This document shows positions 49,368 to 59,756 of a stretch of 64,000 nucleotides of DNA, in pieces. This DNA comes from an uncultured Akkermansia sp. (lineage in GTDB: Bacteria; Verrucomicrobiota; Verrucomicrobiia; Verrucomicrobiales; DEV007): the NCBI GenBank assembly GCA_964583035.1, contig CAZOUP010000003.1, positions 25,109 to 89,108 on the forward strand. The letters are read 5' to 3'. Below the pieces are notes generated by a model, which searched no databases, was not told the origin of the DNA, and saw only the letters and a list, made by a program, of their open reading frames with translations. Every line of letters starts with the position of its first letter. The first letter of the stretch is position 1. Both the position numbers and the translations under genes were made by a program.

Positions 49368-52001
49368 ATGAAGGCTTCATCGCGGAAAATTGGAAATCGG
49401 GTTGTTTGGCTTGTGGCCTTGGTGAGTTTGCTCATCGGTTTCATCGCAGCGCCTTACGAAGCGAAAGCTCAGGCCGACTACAAGCGCTACTTCGACGAGG
49501 ATAACCTCCCGGGGGCGCGTGAGATTTTTCAGCGGGGGCGTTACGACATCGTGATCCAAATCTGCGACTATGCGCTTCGCCGTGGTCAGCCGTCGTGGGA
49601 GTGGCGCACTTTGCGATTCGAGTCATTGGCCAATGTCGGTCGCTATGAGGAAGCGGTCGAAGAAGCTCTGGAGACGACCGATCTTTTCTCTGATAAACTC
49701 GGCGCCCTCCTGAGCGCTCACGGGATGTTTGAGTCGATGGGGCTTTGGGAAGAAGCCGAAAAAATTTACAACGCCATCAATCTTGCAGCAGGCGCGATTC
49801 CTGAGAAAGATCGAACGGCGCTGGAATACGTTTATCTGGGGCAGGCGGCACTCGTTCTTGGCGCCGATCCGGCCGAGGTGCTGGAGAAATTCTATGGCAT
49901 GGCCAAGACCTTCAAGGCGAAGGGTCAGAACGTTCCCGAAGGCCTCGTTGAGGCTTACCTCGCCGCCGGTGATCTGGCCTTGATGAAAGATGACCTGGGT
50001 CAGGCGGCGAAGGAGTTTCAGGGGGCCTTCAAATTGGCGCCGACTCACCCGGATGTGCTCTTCGGCCTGGCTGAGGCCTTTATGCCAACTGATCGGCCGG
50101 TCGCGGGGACCTACCTTGAGAAAGTCATCGAGGAAGCCCCTTTTCATTTCGGGGCGCTTCTGATGCTGACAGAGTCGTCGATCAAACGGGAGCGATACGA
50201 TGTCGCGAAAGAGACTCTCGAAAAAGTCGAGTCGGTGAACCCGAGGCACCCTCTTGCGGCGGCTTATCGCGCGGTTCTCGTGGAGCTGGAATGGAATGAT
50301 CATGTCGCTTTTGAATTGGAGCGGGAAAAAGCGCTCTCGGTCTGGGCAAACAACCCGGAGGTGGATCATCTCATCGGGAGGGTTCTTTCCGACAAATATC
50401 GATACACAGAAGGCGCGGAGAGCCAGTTGCGTGCCCTCGCGATGGATCCCGGGTTTCTGCCTGCGAAGTTGCAGTTGGCGCTCGACTATCTGCGCCTCGG
50501 CCGGGTCGAGGAAGCGTGGCCACTCGCTGAGGAGGTGGGCAAGGCGGATGAATACAATGTTCTCGCCTACAACCTGGCGATTCTCGAGCAGGAGATGGCG
50601 AGTTTCGCGTCCATCAAGAGCGACGATTTCATTATCCGCATGCCACCGAATGAGGCGGAGATCTACGGAGACAGGGTCCTGGAATTGCTCACCGAAGCGA
50701 AGCAGGTTCTCGGTGAAAAATACGGGATCGAGATTGAGGATCGCACCTTGATTGAGTTTTACCCGAAGCAGCAGGACTTCGCGATCCGGACCTTTGGCTC
50801 GCTCGGCGGGGAAGGACTGCTCGGGGTCTGCTTTGGCTCCGTCGTGACGATGAACAGCCCAGGGAGCACGACCGCCGGAAAGAGCAACTGGGAGGCGACG
50901 CTCTGGCATGAGTACTGCCACGTCATTACCCTCACGGCGACGAACAACAAGATGCCGCGCTGGCTCAGCGAGGGGATTTCAGTTTACGAAGAAATTCAGC
51001 GTCAGCCCAACTGGGGGCAGCGCATGACTCCGCGTTACCGCAAAATGATCCTCGAAGAGGAGGCGCTTACTCCGATCCGTGAGATGAGCCAGGCCTTCTT
51101 CAATGCGAAGGATGGCGAGGCGGTGATGTTCGCCTACTACCAGTCGATGCTGGTCGTGGAGTTCATCGTTGAGCGCTATGGCCTCGACGCGCTGCGGGCG
51201 ATCTTGACCGATCTCGCGGAGGGCGTTCTCATCAACGATACGATCGCGAAGCACACACTTCCCATTGACCGCCTCGAAAAAGATTTTGCGCTCGCAACGC
51301 TGACGCGGGCTCAGAATTACGGACCCGACGTGGATTGGCGGGAGCCGGAAGAGGACGAAGTGAACCCGCTCGTGACTTTGTCGCTGCTTTCCTATTTGGA
51401 GAAAAATCCGTCGAACTTCTGGGCTCTCCAAACTTTGACCGGAAAACTCCTCGATGAAGAAAACTGGGGCGTCGCCGCAGATTCAGCCGAGGCATTGATC
51501 GGGCTCCTGCCGGATTTTGTCGGGTTCGGTAATGGCTACGCGATGAAAGCGCGGGCCTTGAGGGAGAGCGGTGATCTTGAGGGGGAAGCGGAAACGCTAA
51601 CCCGTCTCGCCGCGCAGTCTGATGAAGCCCTCGCGGCTTACAACCGGCTTCTCGAAGTGGAATTTGAAGCGGAGAGCTGGAGCGAGGTGATTGCCAATGC
51701 CTCGAAGGCGAAAGCGATCAATCCATTCAATCAGCGTCTTCATTATTGTCGTGGATGTGCCCATGCCGCGCGGTCGGAGACAGGGGCGGCGGTGGGCTCG
51801 TTTGAGAAAGCACTGCTTTTGAATCCGGCAAATCCTTCGGAGATACGGTTCCGTTTAGCGGGACTGCTAAAAGACGAAGACAAGCTGACCGCAAAGCGTC
51901 ACCTCCTTGATGCGCTCGCCGATTCGCTGCGCTATCAGGAAGCGCATGAGTTGCTGCTGGATTTTGTTGCGGTGGATGAAGGGGTAGCCCCGGCAGAATA
52001 G
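49368..52001 (+). CDS. Exported TPR-repeat protein with central gluzincin (clan MA) metallopeptidase domain
   Basis: Helical TPR-like repeats on both sides of LWHEYCH...PRWLSEGISVYEE; signal peptide from ATG 49368. Confidence 0.82.
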   Translation: MKASSRKIGNRVVWLVALVSLLIGFIAAPYEAKAQADYKRYFDEDNLPGAREIFQRGRYDIVIQICDYALRRGQPSWEWRTLRFESLANVGRYEEAVEEALETTDLFSDKLGALLSAHGMFESMGLWEEAEKIYNAINLAAGAIPEKDRTALEYVYLGQAALVLGADPAEVLEKFYGMAKTFKAKGQNVPEGLVEAYLAAGDLALMKDDLGQAAKEFQGAFKLAPTHPDVLFGLAEAFMPTDRPVAGTYLEKVIEEAPFHFGALLMLTESSIKRERYDVAKETLEKVESVNPRHPLAAAYRAVLVELEWNDHVAFELEREKALSVWANNPEVDHLIGRVLSDKYRYTEGAESQLRALAMDPGFLPAKLQLALDYLRLGRVEEAWPLAEEVGKADEYNVLAYNLAILEQEMASFASIKSDDFIIRMPPNEAEIYGDRVLELLTEAKQVLGEKYGIEIEDRTLIEFYPKQQDFAIRTFGSLGGEGLLGVCFGSVVTMNSPGSTTAGKSNWEATLWHEYCHVITLTATNNKMPRWLSEGISVYEEIQRQPNWGQRMTPRYRKMILEEEALTPIREMSQAFFNAKDGEAVMFAYYQSMLVVEFIVERYGLDALRAILTDLAEGVLINDTIAKHTLPIDRLEKDFALATLTRAQNYGPDVDWREPEEDEVNPLVTLSLLSYLEKNPSNFWALQTLTGKLLDEENWGVAADSAEALIGLLPDFVGFGNGYAMKARALRESGDLEGEAETLTRLAAQSDEALAAYNRLLEVEFEAESWSEVIANASKAKAINPFNQRLHYCRGCAHAARSETGAAVGSFEKALLLNPANPSEIRFRLAGLLKDEDKLTAKRHLLDALADSLRYQEAHELLLDFVAVDEGVAPAE

Positions 52002-52014
52002 GTTGCCTCGGCTG

Positions 52015-52842
52015 CTACCCCGGAAGCGCTCGGATTACTTCGATGGCTGACTCGGAAAACCGGTCGAAGAGGCTTCTCGCATTTTCCCAAAAAGAAAGCC
52101 CGAACCCGGCAAAGGTCGCGGTGGGCGAGGCAATGATGAGCAAACCACAAATCAAGAGCATGTTGGCGAGGAAAATAATCGAGAACGAAAAAACGCGACC
52201 GTTTTGCTCAAGGTCGGGCTGTTCGCGAATCGACATCCAGACGGTAAAACTGAGGTGGAACATCCAGGTGAAACCGATCGTTCCGTAAAGCCAAATTGGA
52301 TTCACCGGCTCTGCTTCCCCGACGACCCAGCCTGCCAGCGCCCAGATAATGATCGTGATGACCGAGTAGAAGGGGAAAAAATACGGGGAAAGCGAGATCA
52401 GGAAATTGTTCCGGTTCGTGAGGATGTGTCCTCCCTCAGAAGAGATGTGGACCTTACTCACTTTGCCCCGGCAGATCAGAACGAAGAGAGCATGAGTGAG
52501 TTCATGACCGGCCACATAGAGCCACATCATGGGTCGGCAGCGACAGCAGAAAAAGAGGGCAAGCCAGAGAATACTGCCGACTCCGAAGGCGACGAACTCA
52601 GGTGAGCGCCAGTAGTCACCGGCGAGCGTGTCGACGTGGAGAAGAACGAGAAAGGTTTCGAGAATGACCCAGCAGAAGGGAAGTAGAAAAATGCCGAAGA
52701 CCAGCTTGAAAGATTTCACCACACTCTCGGGCGGTGGACTGAAAGCTGAGGCCGCCGCATCGGGAAGAAAGGCCGCCAAGCCATGCCTCGGAGCGGGTTT
52801 CCGCTTCCGGGTGCGTTGATTCGGCGGTTTCTTGCGAGGCAC
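52015..52842 (-). CDS. Putative intramembrane metalloprotease (M50B-like)
   Basis: Multiple TMs, HELTH within a TM, ISLSPYFFP, later PDL. Confidence 0.65.
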   Translation of the reverse strand: MPRKKPPNQRTRKRKPAPRHGLAAFLPDAAASAFSPPPESVVKSFKLVFGIFLLPFCWVILETFLVLLHVDTLAGDYWRSPEFVAFGVGSILWLALFFCCRCRPMMWLYVAGHELTHALFVLICRGKVSKVHISSEGGHILTNRNNFLISLSPYFFPFYSVITIIIWALAGWVVGEAEPVNPIWLYGTIGFTWMFHLSFTVWMSIREQPDLEQNGRVFSFSIIFLANMLLICGLLIIASPTATFAGFGLSFWENARSLFDRFSESAIEVIRALPG

Positions 52843-52877
52843 GGGATGACCGGTTCGGCGCGGTAGGAGACTGAAAA

Positions 52878-53438
52878 TCAGGCCCGACCGACGTATTTTT
52901 TATCTTCGCTGCTGACTTTGATCTTGTCACCAGGGCCAATGAAAAGCGGAACCTGAACGCGTAGTCCGGTCTCGACGACGGCCTCTTTCGTGGCGGCGGT
53001 CGCGGTGTCGCCTTTGACGCCGGGAGCCGATTCCGTCACTTCCAGTTCGATGTTTGAAGGAAGCTCGATCGAGACCGGCTTTCCATCGACGAAGAGCACT
53101 TCGATTTCGAGCGCGTCGATGAGAAGGTCTTTGCTTTCGGCGATGAACTCCTCCTGAAAAGTGATCGTGTCGTAAGTCGAGGTGTCCATGAAGTGATACC
53201 CGGTCTGATCATGGTAGCTGAACTCCAGCTTCTGGCGGTCCGACTGAACGATTTCCACTTTGTCACTCGAAGCAAAGCGGATGTCCTTCGTTTTTCCGGA
53301 ATTGAAGGAACGAATTGTTGCCATGATGAGAGCATTGCCTTTGCCCGGAGTCCGATGTTCAAGTCCGAGGACGATACCGAGCTCGCCTTTGTAGTTGATG
53401 CACTGACCGCGTTTGAGGTTGGTTGCGACGATAGCCAT
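52878..53438 (-). CDS. efp: Elongation factor P
   Basis: HRTPGKGNA, PGVKGDTA, ETGL..QVPLFI..GD. Confidence 0.96.
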   Translation of the reverse strand: MAIVATNLKRGQCINYKGELGIVLGLEHRTPGKGNALIMATIRSFNSGKTKDIRFASSDKVEIVQSDRQKLEFSYHDQTGYHFMDTSTYDTITFQEEFIAESKDLLIDALEIEVLFVDGKPVSIELPSNIELEVTESAPGVKGDTATAATKEAVVETGLRVQVPLFIGPGDKIKVSSEDKKYVGRA

Positions 53439-53571
53439 AAGAAGAATCTACTGGGATTTATTAAGAAAAGTTAAGTATAACCGGCGAACACGAATATTGC
53501 CATCGTTTCAGTCGATCACAAGATCGGAAATAACGATTTGAGAGCCCGACCGGGGGCGGCAGATTGATCCC

Positions 53572-54297
53572 GTGATTGCAAATCCTCTTGATCAGCCCCG
53601 TCGTTCCCGTCGCCTTGCCGTGCTTCTGCCTGCACTCGTGGTCCCCTTCATTGCTTCGTTTTTCTATTTCGTTCTCTTCCCGGGAACCGCGTTCGGAAAC
53701 TCTTTTTACTCAGGGGTGAAAGTTTTCCTCCTGCTCTGGCCATTCTTTGCCGTGCTCGTTGTCCTGCGGGAAAAGATGATTGATCGGAGCCGGGAGAAGC
53801 GCCATGCCGCGTCCATTCTCCCCGGAGTTCTCTTCGGCGTTTTCGTTGTCGGATTGCTGTTCTTTCTCCTCAAAGTGACTCCGATGGGAACCGTCCTCGA
53901 AGAAAATTCCGTGCGGATGGCGGGCCGGATCCGTGATCTTGGGGTAGCAGAAAACTTTCTGCTTTTCGCGCTTTTCCTCTCCTTCGTGCACTCGGCGCTG
54001 GAGGAGTTTTACTGGCGTTGGTTCGTCTTCGGACAGGCGTCGAAACTGATGTTGGTTCCGAAAGCGCACCTCCTCGCGGCGGTTGGATTCGCTTCACACC
54101 ATCTCATTATCGTGAGCCAATTTTTCCCGATGGGATGGGCCATTTTTCTCGGAATCTGCGTCGGTATCGGCGGCTTCGCCTGGAGCTGGATGATGTATCG
54201 CTACAACAGCCTTCTCGGTGCCTGGGTCAGCCACATGATCGTCGACCTCGGGCTGATGTGGGTCGGTTGGGAGGTGCTGCAGATGTCTGCGGGCTAA
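53572..54297 (+). CDS. CPBP (CAAX/Abi) intramembrane glutamic metalloprotease
   Basis: EEFYWR, FASHH, SHMIVD motifs; polytopic. Confidence 0.88.
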   Translation: MIANPLDQPRRSRRLAVLLPALVVPFIASFFYFVLFPGTAFGNSFYSGVKVFLLLWPFFAVLVVLREKMIDRSREKRHAASILPGVLFGVFVVGLLFFLLKVTPMGTVLEENSVRMAGRIRDLGVAENFLLFALFLSFVHSALEEFYWRWFVFGQASKLMLVPKAHLLAAVGFASHHLIIVSQFFPMGWAIFLGICVGIGGFAWSWMMYRYNSLLGAWVSHMIVDLGLMWVGWEVLQMSAG

Positions 54298-56438
54298 TAC
54301 TTCACTTTCTTCCGCGTCACCTTCATGGGCTGTTCACCGCTGTCTTTCTTGAGCTTGTTGATCTGGTCCCGAATGAGGGCGGCGCGTTCGAATTCGAGTT
54401 TACCAGCCGCTTCCTGCATTTCCTCTTCGAGTTCGCGGATCACGGAGAGGGTATCGATGTCTTCGCCGGTTTCGGCGACGAGCGAGTTTTCGACGGCTTT
54501 CCCCTGAACATACTGGCGCAGCGCCTCCTGATCATTCCGCGTCACGGTGTGGGGAATGATCCCGTGCTTCTCGTTGTGTTCATGCTGAACGCGACGGCGA
54601 TATTCAGTGATGTTGAGCAATTTTTGAATTGAATCTGTGACGACATCCGCAAAGAGCACGGCTTCACCGTTCACGTGACGCGCCGCTCGTCCGACCGTCT
54701 GAATGAGACTGGTTTCGCTCCGGAGAAAGCCCTCTTTATCGGCGTCGAGAATACACACGAGGCTCACTTCGGGGAGATCGAGACCTTCCCGGAGGAGGTT
54801 GATCCCGACGAGGATGTCGAACTCGGCGGCGCGGAGACTTCGTAAAATCTCGACCCGCTCGATCGCATCGACGTCGGAGTGAATGTAGCGGACGGCGAGT
54901 CCTACATTGCGAAGGTAATCGGTGAGATCCTCAGCGGTGCGTTTCGTGAGCGTCGTCACGAGGATGCGCTCATTTTTCTCAATCCGCTGCCGGCAGAATT
55001 CGATCGTTTCATCGATCTGCCCTTTGAGTGGCCGCAGTGTGATGATGGGATCGAGGAGTCCGGTCGGGCGAATGATCTGCTCGACAATGAGGTCTTTGCC
55101 TTTGGTTTCAACATCGAAGGTCTCGATGGGCTGACGACTTCCGGAGATGCGGGGAAGTCGGACCGGAGAAAGCTCCTCTTCGCCGATTTTTTTCCGCTGG
55201 TGGGGGATGTAGCCCTTCTTGCCTGCGGTTGAATTTTGAATCTCAAATTTCGCCGGGGTCGCGCTGACATAAAGCCGTTGATCGGTCGCGGCCATGTACT
55301 CGTCGAATTTGAGGGGGCGGTTGTCGAGGGCGCTGGGGAGACGAAACCCGAAGTCAACGAGGGTTGTTTTGCGCGAGCGGTCGCCCTCATACATCCCGCC
55401 GATCTGGGGGATGCTGACGTGGGATTCATCGATCACGGTGAAGAATTCATCCGGGAAAAAGTCGATCAGGGTGCCTGGTTTGGTTCCGGGTGGGCGACCG
55501 GTGAGGTGCCGCGAGTAGTTCTCAATGCCCTGACAGAAGCCCATCTCCTGCATCATCTCGATGTCATATTCGGTCCGTTGTTTGATCCGCTGCGCTTCGA
55601 GGTATTGCTGATTCTTTTCAAAAAATTCGATGCGTTCTTTCAGCTCGGCTCTGATCTCCTTGATCGCTTTTCCCATCTTGTCTTTCGGCGTCACGAACTG
55701 CTTCGCGGGGTAGAAAGTATAGTCCTCGAGCTTGCTCCTGGCATTGCCGGTGAGTGGATCGATGGAACTGACGCGGTCAATTTCATCGCCGAAAAATTCG
55801 ACGCGGATCGCTTCGTTTTCGAGGTAGGCGGGGTAGACTTCGACGACATCACCCCGGACCCGGAATTTTCCCCGTCCGAATTCGATGTCGTTTCTCTCGT
55901 AGAGAATGGCGACGAGACTCTTCAGGAATTCATCGCGATCCAGATCCATCCCGACCCGGACCGGAACCATCATGTTCTGGTAATCTTCGGGAGAGCCGAG
56001 TCCGTAGATGCAGGAGACACTCGCGACGACGATGACGTCTTTTCGCGTGAGGAGTGAGCTCATCGCGGAGAGGCGGAGGCGCTCGATCTCTTCATTGATC
56101 GACGAGTCTTTTTCAATGTAGGTATCAGTGCGCGGGATGTAGGCCTCCGGTTGGTAGTAGTCGAAATAGGAGACGAAATACTCGACCGCATTGTGGGGGA
56201 AAAAGCCCTTAAACTCGCTGTAAAGCTGCGCGGCGAGGGTCTTGTTATGAGACATCACGAGGGTCGGTTTCCCGAGGCTGGCGATGACGTTCGCGACCGT
56301 GAAAGTTTTTCCGGATCCGGTGACGCCGAGCAGCGTCTGGTGCTTGTTCCCGGCGTGGACCGACTTTTCCAACTTGGCAATGGCCTGACTCTGATCCCCT
56401 TCGGGATTAAACTCTGAGTGAAGTTGAAAGAGGGACAT
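54294..56438 (-). CDS. uvrB: Excinuclease ABC subunit B
   Basis: GVTGSGKT, HNKTLAAQ, YYQPEAY beta-hairpin, DESH, SAT, GINLLREGLD, QTVGRAAR, C-terminal UVR domain. Confidence 0.98.
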   Translation of the reverse strand: MSLFQLHSEFNPEGDQSQAIAKLEKSVHAGNKHQTLLGVTGSGKTFTVANVIASLGKPTLVMSHNKTLAAQLYSEFKGFFPHNAVEYFVSYFDYYQPEAYIPRTDTYIEKDSSINEEIERLRLSAMSSLLTRKDVIVVASVSCIYGLGSPEDYQNMMVPVRVGMDLDRDEFLKSLVAILYERNDIEFGRGKFRVRGDVVEVYPAYLENEAIRVEFFGDEIDRVSSIDPLTGNARSKLEDYTFYPAKQFVTPKDKMGKAIKEIRAELKERIEFFEKNQQYLEAQRIKQRTEYDIEMMQEMGFCQGIENYSRHLTGRPPGTKPGTLIDFFPDEFFTVIDESHVSIPQIGGMYEGDRSRKTTLVDFGFRLPSALDNRPLKFDEYMAATDQRLYVSATPAKFEIQNSTAGKKGYIPHQRKKIGEEELSPVRLPRISGSRQPIETFDVETKGKDLIVEQIIRPTGLLDPIITLRPLKGQIDETIEFCRQRIEKNERILVTTLTKRTAEDLTDYLRNVGLAVRYIHSDVDAIERVEILRSLRAAEFDILVGINLLREGLDLPEVSLVCILDADKEGFLRSETSLIQTVGRAARHVNGEAVLFADVVTDSIQKLLNITEYRRRVQHEHNEKHGIIPHTVTRNDQEALRQYVQGKAVENSLVAETGEDIDTLSVIRELEEEMQEAAGKLEFERAALIRDQINKLKKDSGEQPMKVTRKKVKY

Positions 56439-56559
56439 AAGGCTACAATTCTACCTTGGATATGGTGGATTCCAACCAAACGCCACTTTCAGGGCGCAAA
56501 GACCCTCGTAAAAATGGAAAAGGTGAGAGGCTTGCGCCTTTCGCTGCGCGGAGGAAGGA

Positions 56560-56856
56560 CTATTCCTCAACCGATGTGTTATCGACGCCGATTTTTCCCT
56601 GAATGATTTCAGTCAGGGCGATATCGGCTGAGCCCATGCGATGGTCAGTCTGAATGAGAGGGGCACGACCGAGGTTCAGCTGCTTCACTCTGGCCGAGAC
56701 CAGATTGATCAAAACGGGGGGTTCGGGAATTATTTTTGATGCCGCGTCGACTAAGTCACTTCTCATATTGCTGGAGCCATTTCGGATTGCCGCAGTTGTC
56801 TTCTTCTGACCATCCGCTCCGGGGAACGAAACGATATTGGAGTCGTTGTCTGCCAT
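56560..56856 (-). CDS. rpoZ: RNA polymerase omega subunit
   Basis: LINLVSARVKQL...IALTEIIQGKI; alternative start at 56766. Confidence 0.85.
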   Translation of the reverse strand: MADNDSNIVSFPGADGQKKTTAAIRNGSSNMRSDLVDAASKIIPEPPVLINLVSARVKQLNLGRAPLIQTDHRMGSADIALTEIIQGKIGVDNTSVEE

Positions 56857-57122
56857 AGGTCAGTTCAGGTGCGGCAAATATTGGGTGGTTCTGCAATCCG
56901 GTCTGGCGATTTCCGGACTTGCAAGCCTTGCGAGTAGCCTAAATTCCAAAAATATCAAGCGAATTGTTGAAACAAATGTCTCCTGGATGGGTGGAAACCC
57001 TGCGGATCTCTGCTCCCTTTATCCAACTCACCTGTCCATCGACCACTTCTGGATTGGCTATCGGATGAAAGATAACCGTTATCTGACCGCAATCGAGACG
57101 GCTCAAAGCGCCGCCGGCGGGG

Positions 57123-59060
57123 CTATTTGCGCTTTTTCTTGCCCTTCGTGTGTCGGTCACCCTTTTCGCCGGGCATCTTCGTGCGATCTTTTTTCGTCAT
57201 TCCGCCGCCGGAGCTTCCGCCCGCCGCCTTGGCTTTCTGAGCTTCTTCGGCCTGCTCTTGCATCCGCTGCATGAAGCTCTTTTTCCCGGTGGTGGCTTTT
57301 TTCTGCAGCTCAGGTTCCGGCATCTTGTTCATGAGCCAGGTTTGAAGAATGGAAAAGGTGTTGGAAGTCGTCCAGTAGAGCGCGAGCGCTGCGGCAAAGT
57401 TGTAGCAGATGACGAGGAAAATCAGCGGCATGAGCATGAAAATCATCTGCTGCGTTTTATCGCCTGTCTTCGGGGTGATCCAGATTTGGATAAAGCTGGT
57501 AATCCCCATCAGGATCGGAAGGAGGTTGAAGGGGATATCCAGACCGGGGATCATGAACATCGTGTCCGGCATCGCGAGGTCATCGACCCAGAGGAAGGAT
57601 TCGTGGCGAAGCTCGGCTGCGCTCCAGAGCATCCGATAGAAGGCGAGGAAGATCGGAAGCTGAATGAACATGGGGAGACAGCCCCCGAGAGGATTGATGC
57701 TGTAGGTCCGATACAACTTCATTGTCTCCTCATTCATTTTCTGAGGATTGTCCGGATACTTCTCCTTAATCTCCTTCATCATCGGAGTCAGTTTTGACAT
57801 CCGCTTCATGGAGCGGGCCGACTTCGCATAGACCGGCCAGATGATGAGGCGGATCAGGAGGGTGATGAGAATAATCGCGAGACCGTAGCCGCCGACGTAG
57901 CCTTTGAGGAAGACGAGACCGATGATGAGACCGGCCGCGAGTGGCTTGATCGCCCAGCCAAAGAGCCAGCCGAAGATCGGGATCTCGTCGTAGTGCATCA
58001 CGAGCTGCTTCTCTTCGCCGAGTCCCTTGAGGCGGGCGAATTCCTTCGGCCCGAGGTAGATGTTGTAGTTCAGCGTCTGTTGATCGCCGGGGTTCATTGA
58101 GAGTGACGGGAGGCCAATTCCCGCTTCGGCGGCGAACATCCGCTTTTTCTCCGAGGCTTCTTTGTCTCCTTCGACGACGATAGGGAAACGGCTCCCCCAG
58201 AGGGTCGCTTCATAAGCGTCCTCGGGCTGAATAATGGTCACGAAAAACTGGTCGTTGACTCCGGCCCAGCGGAGGGAATCGATAGCAAATTCGTCGTCGG
58301 AAATTTCGTTTTTACCGAAAATACCGAGGACTTTGCGGCCCCCGTAATGATCGACGGTTTCGTAATCAAACTTCCCGTCACTCTGGAGCCAGAACATGCC
58401 GATTTGCATTGACCACTCATTGAGATGAAGCGGCGCGGCGGAGCCGGCGTAGAGAAACTGATCGGCGAGAACAAGGGGAGTCTGCGATTCGTTGCGAACA
58501 CTCATCTCGAGCGTTATCTCATGCGGATCACGGTCGGGGCCGGGAAGCCGGAAAGTCTTCGCAAAGGTGAAGCCGGCCGCGTTCGTCGTTTCGAAAGTGA
58601 TTTTCTCCGCTGATTTTTCAGTGACGTTCCACGTCGTCGTGTCGAAAAGTTTCGGGCCCGACGAGAGCGCTCCGACAGGATGGCTCGCGTTTTCGTTGAT
58701 GGTGATAAACTCGCTACCCTCAAGGTAGCGGGCCTGGTCTTTCAGTTCGGCAATCTTGATCCCCGCCCCGCGATTGGTAAGGTGGAACCTCGCAAGGTCG
58801 TTCTCGAGCACGTGCGTAACTTCAGCAACTGCTCCCGGAGCATCATCGTCAGGAGCGGCCTCTTTAGTCGAAGACGCGTTGGGGATGGTCGCCGCTTCTT
58901 CCGCAGTTTCCTGAGGGGGATTCAATGCCTCAAGAGCAGCCTGCTCGCGCTGAGCCTCGAGCTGTTTCGCGGTCTCCTTGGCACTCCACCAGCCCCAGGT
59001 AAAGAGCAGGCACAGACAGACAATCACGCCTATCCACGATGTTCGATCCATGTTTTTCAC
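57123..59060 (-). CDS. yidC: Membrane protein insertase YidC
   Basis: N-terminal TM, periplasmic domain with YLGPK, YGLAIILIT, NPLGGCLP, ALALYW. Confidence 0.97.
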   Translation of the reverse strand: MKNMDRTSWIGVIVCLCLLFTWGWWSAKETAKQLEAQREQAALEALNPPQETAEEAATIPNASSTKEAAPDDDAPGAVAEVTHVLENDLARFHLTNRGAGIKIAELKDQARYLEGSEFITINENASHPVGALSSGPKLFDTTTWNVTEKSAEKITFETTNAAGFTFAKTFRLPGPDRDPHEITLEMSVRNESQTPLVLADQFLYAGSAAPLHLNEWSMQIGMFWLQSDGKFDYETVDHYGGRKVLGIFGKNEISDDEFAIDSLRWAGVNDQFFVTIIQPEDAYEATLWGSRFPIVVEGDKEASEKKRMFAAEAGIGLPSLSMNPGDQQTLNYNIYLGPKEFARLKGLGEEKQLVMHYDEIPIFGWLFGWAIKPLAAGLIIGLVFLKGYVGGYGLAIILITLLIRLIIWPVYAKSARSMKRMSKLTPMMKEIKEKYPDNPQKMNEETMKLYRTYSINPLGGCLPMFIQLPIFLAFYRMLWSAAELRHESFLWVDDLAMPDTMFMIPGLDIPFNLLPILMGITSFIQIWITPKTGDKTQQMIFMLMPLIFLVICYNFAAALALYWTTSNTFSILQTWLMNKMPEPELQKKATTGKKSFMQRMQEQAEEAQKAKAAGGSSGGGMTKKDRTKMPGEKGDRHTKGKKKRK

Positions 59061-59073
59061 GACAGCTTTTTTC

Positions 59074-59397
59074 CTATTGATTGGGGTTTTCAGTTTCGGC
59101 GTCCGGCAGGTCGCAGGAACGTCGGCCTACATAAGCGGCCTCGGGATGTTTTGCCACATATTCTTCCCAGCCCGGAGGAGGGTCATATCCCTGCCCGCCC
59201 CAAGGCTGACAGCGCAAAATTCTCCAGACGCCCTGACATGAGCCCTTGATGGGGCCGTTCACGGTCACGGCGTCGATAAAATACTGAGAGCAGGAAGGGA
59301 AATAACGGCATCCGCTCAGAGGTCCGCAGATAAAATGGAGCGGCGGTGAAATCACCTTCTGATAGCAGCGGACGAAAAAAATCAGCACTGGTTTCAT
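59074..59397 (-). CDS. yidD: Membrane protein insertion efficiency factor YidD
   Basis: YQKVISP, CRYFPSCSQY, RILRCQPWGGQGYDP; ATGA overlap with rnpA. Confidence 0.93.
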   Translation of the reverse strand: MKPVLIFFVRCYQKVISPPLHFICGPLSGCRYFPSCSQYFIDAVTVNGPIKGSCQGVWRILRCQPWGGQGYDPPPGWEEYVAKHPEAAYVGRRSCDLPDAETENPNQ

Positions 59398-59756
59398 CCT
59401 TCCTTTTCTTTTGGTAGCATGAGATCGGCCCGGTGCATGAGCCACTTCCATTCTTTTTCGAGCTGCTCGGATGTCGCGTCAGCAGCTGCATTTCGGGCGA
59501 TGAGGACCAGCCAATGCCCGTTTCGGAAACGATCTCCCACCCGTTGCATGATCCCGCGCAATTTGCGTCTCACGCGATTTCGGACGACAGCATTACCGAG
59601 GCGCTTTGTCGTGATCAGTCCAAGCTTTGAAGGCGTTTCTCCGGAGTCCTCGAAATAACCAAGAACGAGAAATCGACCGTGAACCGATTTCCCTTTCGAT
59701 CGAACCAACTGGAAATCCGACCTCCTCGTAATCCGCCTCGTTCGTGGGAACTTCAT
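59394..59756 (-). CDS. rnpA: Ribonuclease P protein component
   Basis: KRLGNAVVRNRVRRKLR (RNR motif); operon position. Confidence 0.95.
   Translation of the reverse strand: MKFPRTRRITRRSDFQLVRSKGKSVHGRFLVLGYFEDSGETPSKLGLITTKRLGNAVVRNRVRRKLRGIMQRVGDRFRNGHWLVLIARNAAADATSEQLEKEWKWLMHRADLMLPKEKEG

Noticed and set aside
48280..50921. Long antisense ORFs 48280-49263 (+) and 49623-50921 (-)
   Set aside because: Shadows of scpA and the TPR peptidase
55085..55250. Intein in UvrB
   Set aside because: Too short; lacks the C/S start and HN-C/S/T end motifs
56837..57274. 145-aa plus-strand ORF between rpoZ and yidC
   Set aside because: Overlaps both neighbours in antisense; no protein-like features
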